From: Phoronis australis
Lineage: Eukaryota; Animalia; Phoronida
Length of the DNA: 64,000 nt
Direction of reading: 5' to 3'
NCBI GenBank assembly: GCA_002633005.1
Contig: NMRA01000014.1
Coordinates: forward strand, 610,955 to 674,954
This document shows, one piece after another, positions 62,690 through 64,000 of this stretch (the first letter of the stretch is position 1; each line of letters opens with the position of its first letter). The position numbers and the translations under genes are program-made. Under the pieces are notes generated by a model, which was not told the origin of the DNA, made no database searches, and was given only the letters and a program-made list of their open reading frames with translations.

Positions 62690-63660
62690 TATAAAATATA
62701 ATGCAATTAGTTCCTTGTTGTATGCTGACGACATTGGCTTACTACTTTCACACAATCGCGAAATTCAGGTCATATTGGATCATCTGCATAGTGCATACAT
62801 GTACTTGGTGTAAGTAATGGAGGATGCAGCTAAGTATGAGTATAACTGAAGTGCATTTTCGTAAGCCCGGGTGGAAATAACCAAATCCGACTTCAATTAT
62901 TCAAATAACTCGGTCACTTTTGTATGTCAGTATTAACATTTAGTGAGTGTTCTTTTCGATGAACGTTTGTAATTTAAAAAGCTGCTGTCGCACTCGCAGC
63001 ATCAGGTGGTCGTACAGTTGCTGCTTGAGTCTCTAAATTCAAGATCATGCGTGACGTTGTGTCCAAGACATACACCAAATTATCAGATACGTGTATAGCC
63101 CCGATAGTTAATTATTGTGCGGGTGTTTGGTAAGCAGGGCTTTTTCCTCAATGTTGTTCAACCCAAAATCGTACGATTGTTTACTTTCTTGGGATTCACA
63201 ATTGTATTCCAATCGCAGAGAAAAAGGGGGATATGGGGTGGATACCTAGTACATTTCGCCAGGAATTGCAATAATGGAATAGTCTTACAGTACTTGCTTG
63301 TCTGATAACCTCATCACAAAACAAGTGAATTACTGGGATCTCATGTGCAGAGAGGACAGTTGGTCAAAAGTTGTTTTTCAAATTTTGCTGGGATTGAAGC
63401 ATTCATTCTGTCACCTTGTGTTCTAAAAAATCCGAAAGTGAAACTGGTGGATCCTTTGGAGTCTGAATGGAGGGCTGAAATTTTTAGCAAACCCTAGTTT
63501 AGAAGGTATTAATTCTTCAAAATTAACTACTAAACAAAATTTTATTAGAAAATTCGCATTTTTAGATCAAAGAAGTTCCTGCTTTTTTCAATTTAAATGT
63601 AGAGGCTTATTGGTGAAACAAGAGACTGGCATTTTTAGTATTTTGCAACTGTTCAGGATC
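62690..63660 (+). mobile_element. 5'-truncated non-LTR retrotransposon (LINE) RT and C-terminal fragment
   Basis: SLLYADDI, then frameshifted HFRKPG, LFDERL, SKFKIMRDVVSKTYTKL..TCIAPI, GDMGWIP and KQVNYWD, as in CR1/L2-group or RTEX-like ORF2. Confidence 0.75.
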
Positions 63661-64000
63661 GTCTGTCTGATTCCTGTAGTCACCACATACCCATGTTAAA
63701 AGGATGAAATGCATTTTCTCACATGAACTTGAATGTGTTACGACACGAGTGGTTGATAACAGCGAGTATTGTTTTGATATTACACGGGCGAATCACGAAG
63801 TAGTGCAAAGTAAACATGCACACTCTTACATACTATCGTCTGGCAAAAACAAAGACCGAGAATCAAACATTGCAGGAATTCAACGTAGGTGACAAGGTTA
63901 TGACTGACAAATCGGGTGTATGTACATGTACTCCCAATCGAAAGAACATACAGCACACATCACGAATTTTTGGCCGACCGGTCGGAAATTGGTTGACGAC

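Overview
AT-rich eukaryotic (invertebrate-like) DNA with two assembly gaps. The window is almost entirely intronic or intergenic and dominated by transposable elements. The only convincing host-gene signal is three + strand exons (about 14.1, 19.2 and 23.9 kb), each encoding one fibronectin type III (FN3) domain. Well-supported elements: an internally deleted Kolobok DNA transposon (TTAA TSD, 158-bp TIRs, convergent THAP-transposase and KolX/P2RX7-C-like ORFs, 19774-21467); a decayed full-length Gypsy-type LTR retrotransposon on the - strand with very short LTRs ending CG...CG instead of TG...CA (25223-30394); a decayed full-length Copia element with TCAAG TSD (47879-52328); a Penelope-like GIY-YIG fragment with an inverted terminal repeat and a hammerhead-like motif; a probable solo LTR; a fold-back Academ-like element; three Helentron/DINE-like repeats; remnants of hAT, Sola3, THAP-bearing and LINE elements. 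No prokaryotic operons, rRNA, tRNA genes or CRISPR arrays were seen. The most unusual item is the Gypsy element with non-canonical LTR termini and an apparent 3-bp TSD. All family assignments come from motif recognition by eye, not from database searches.
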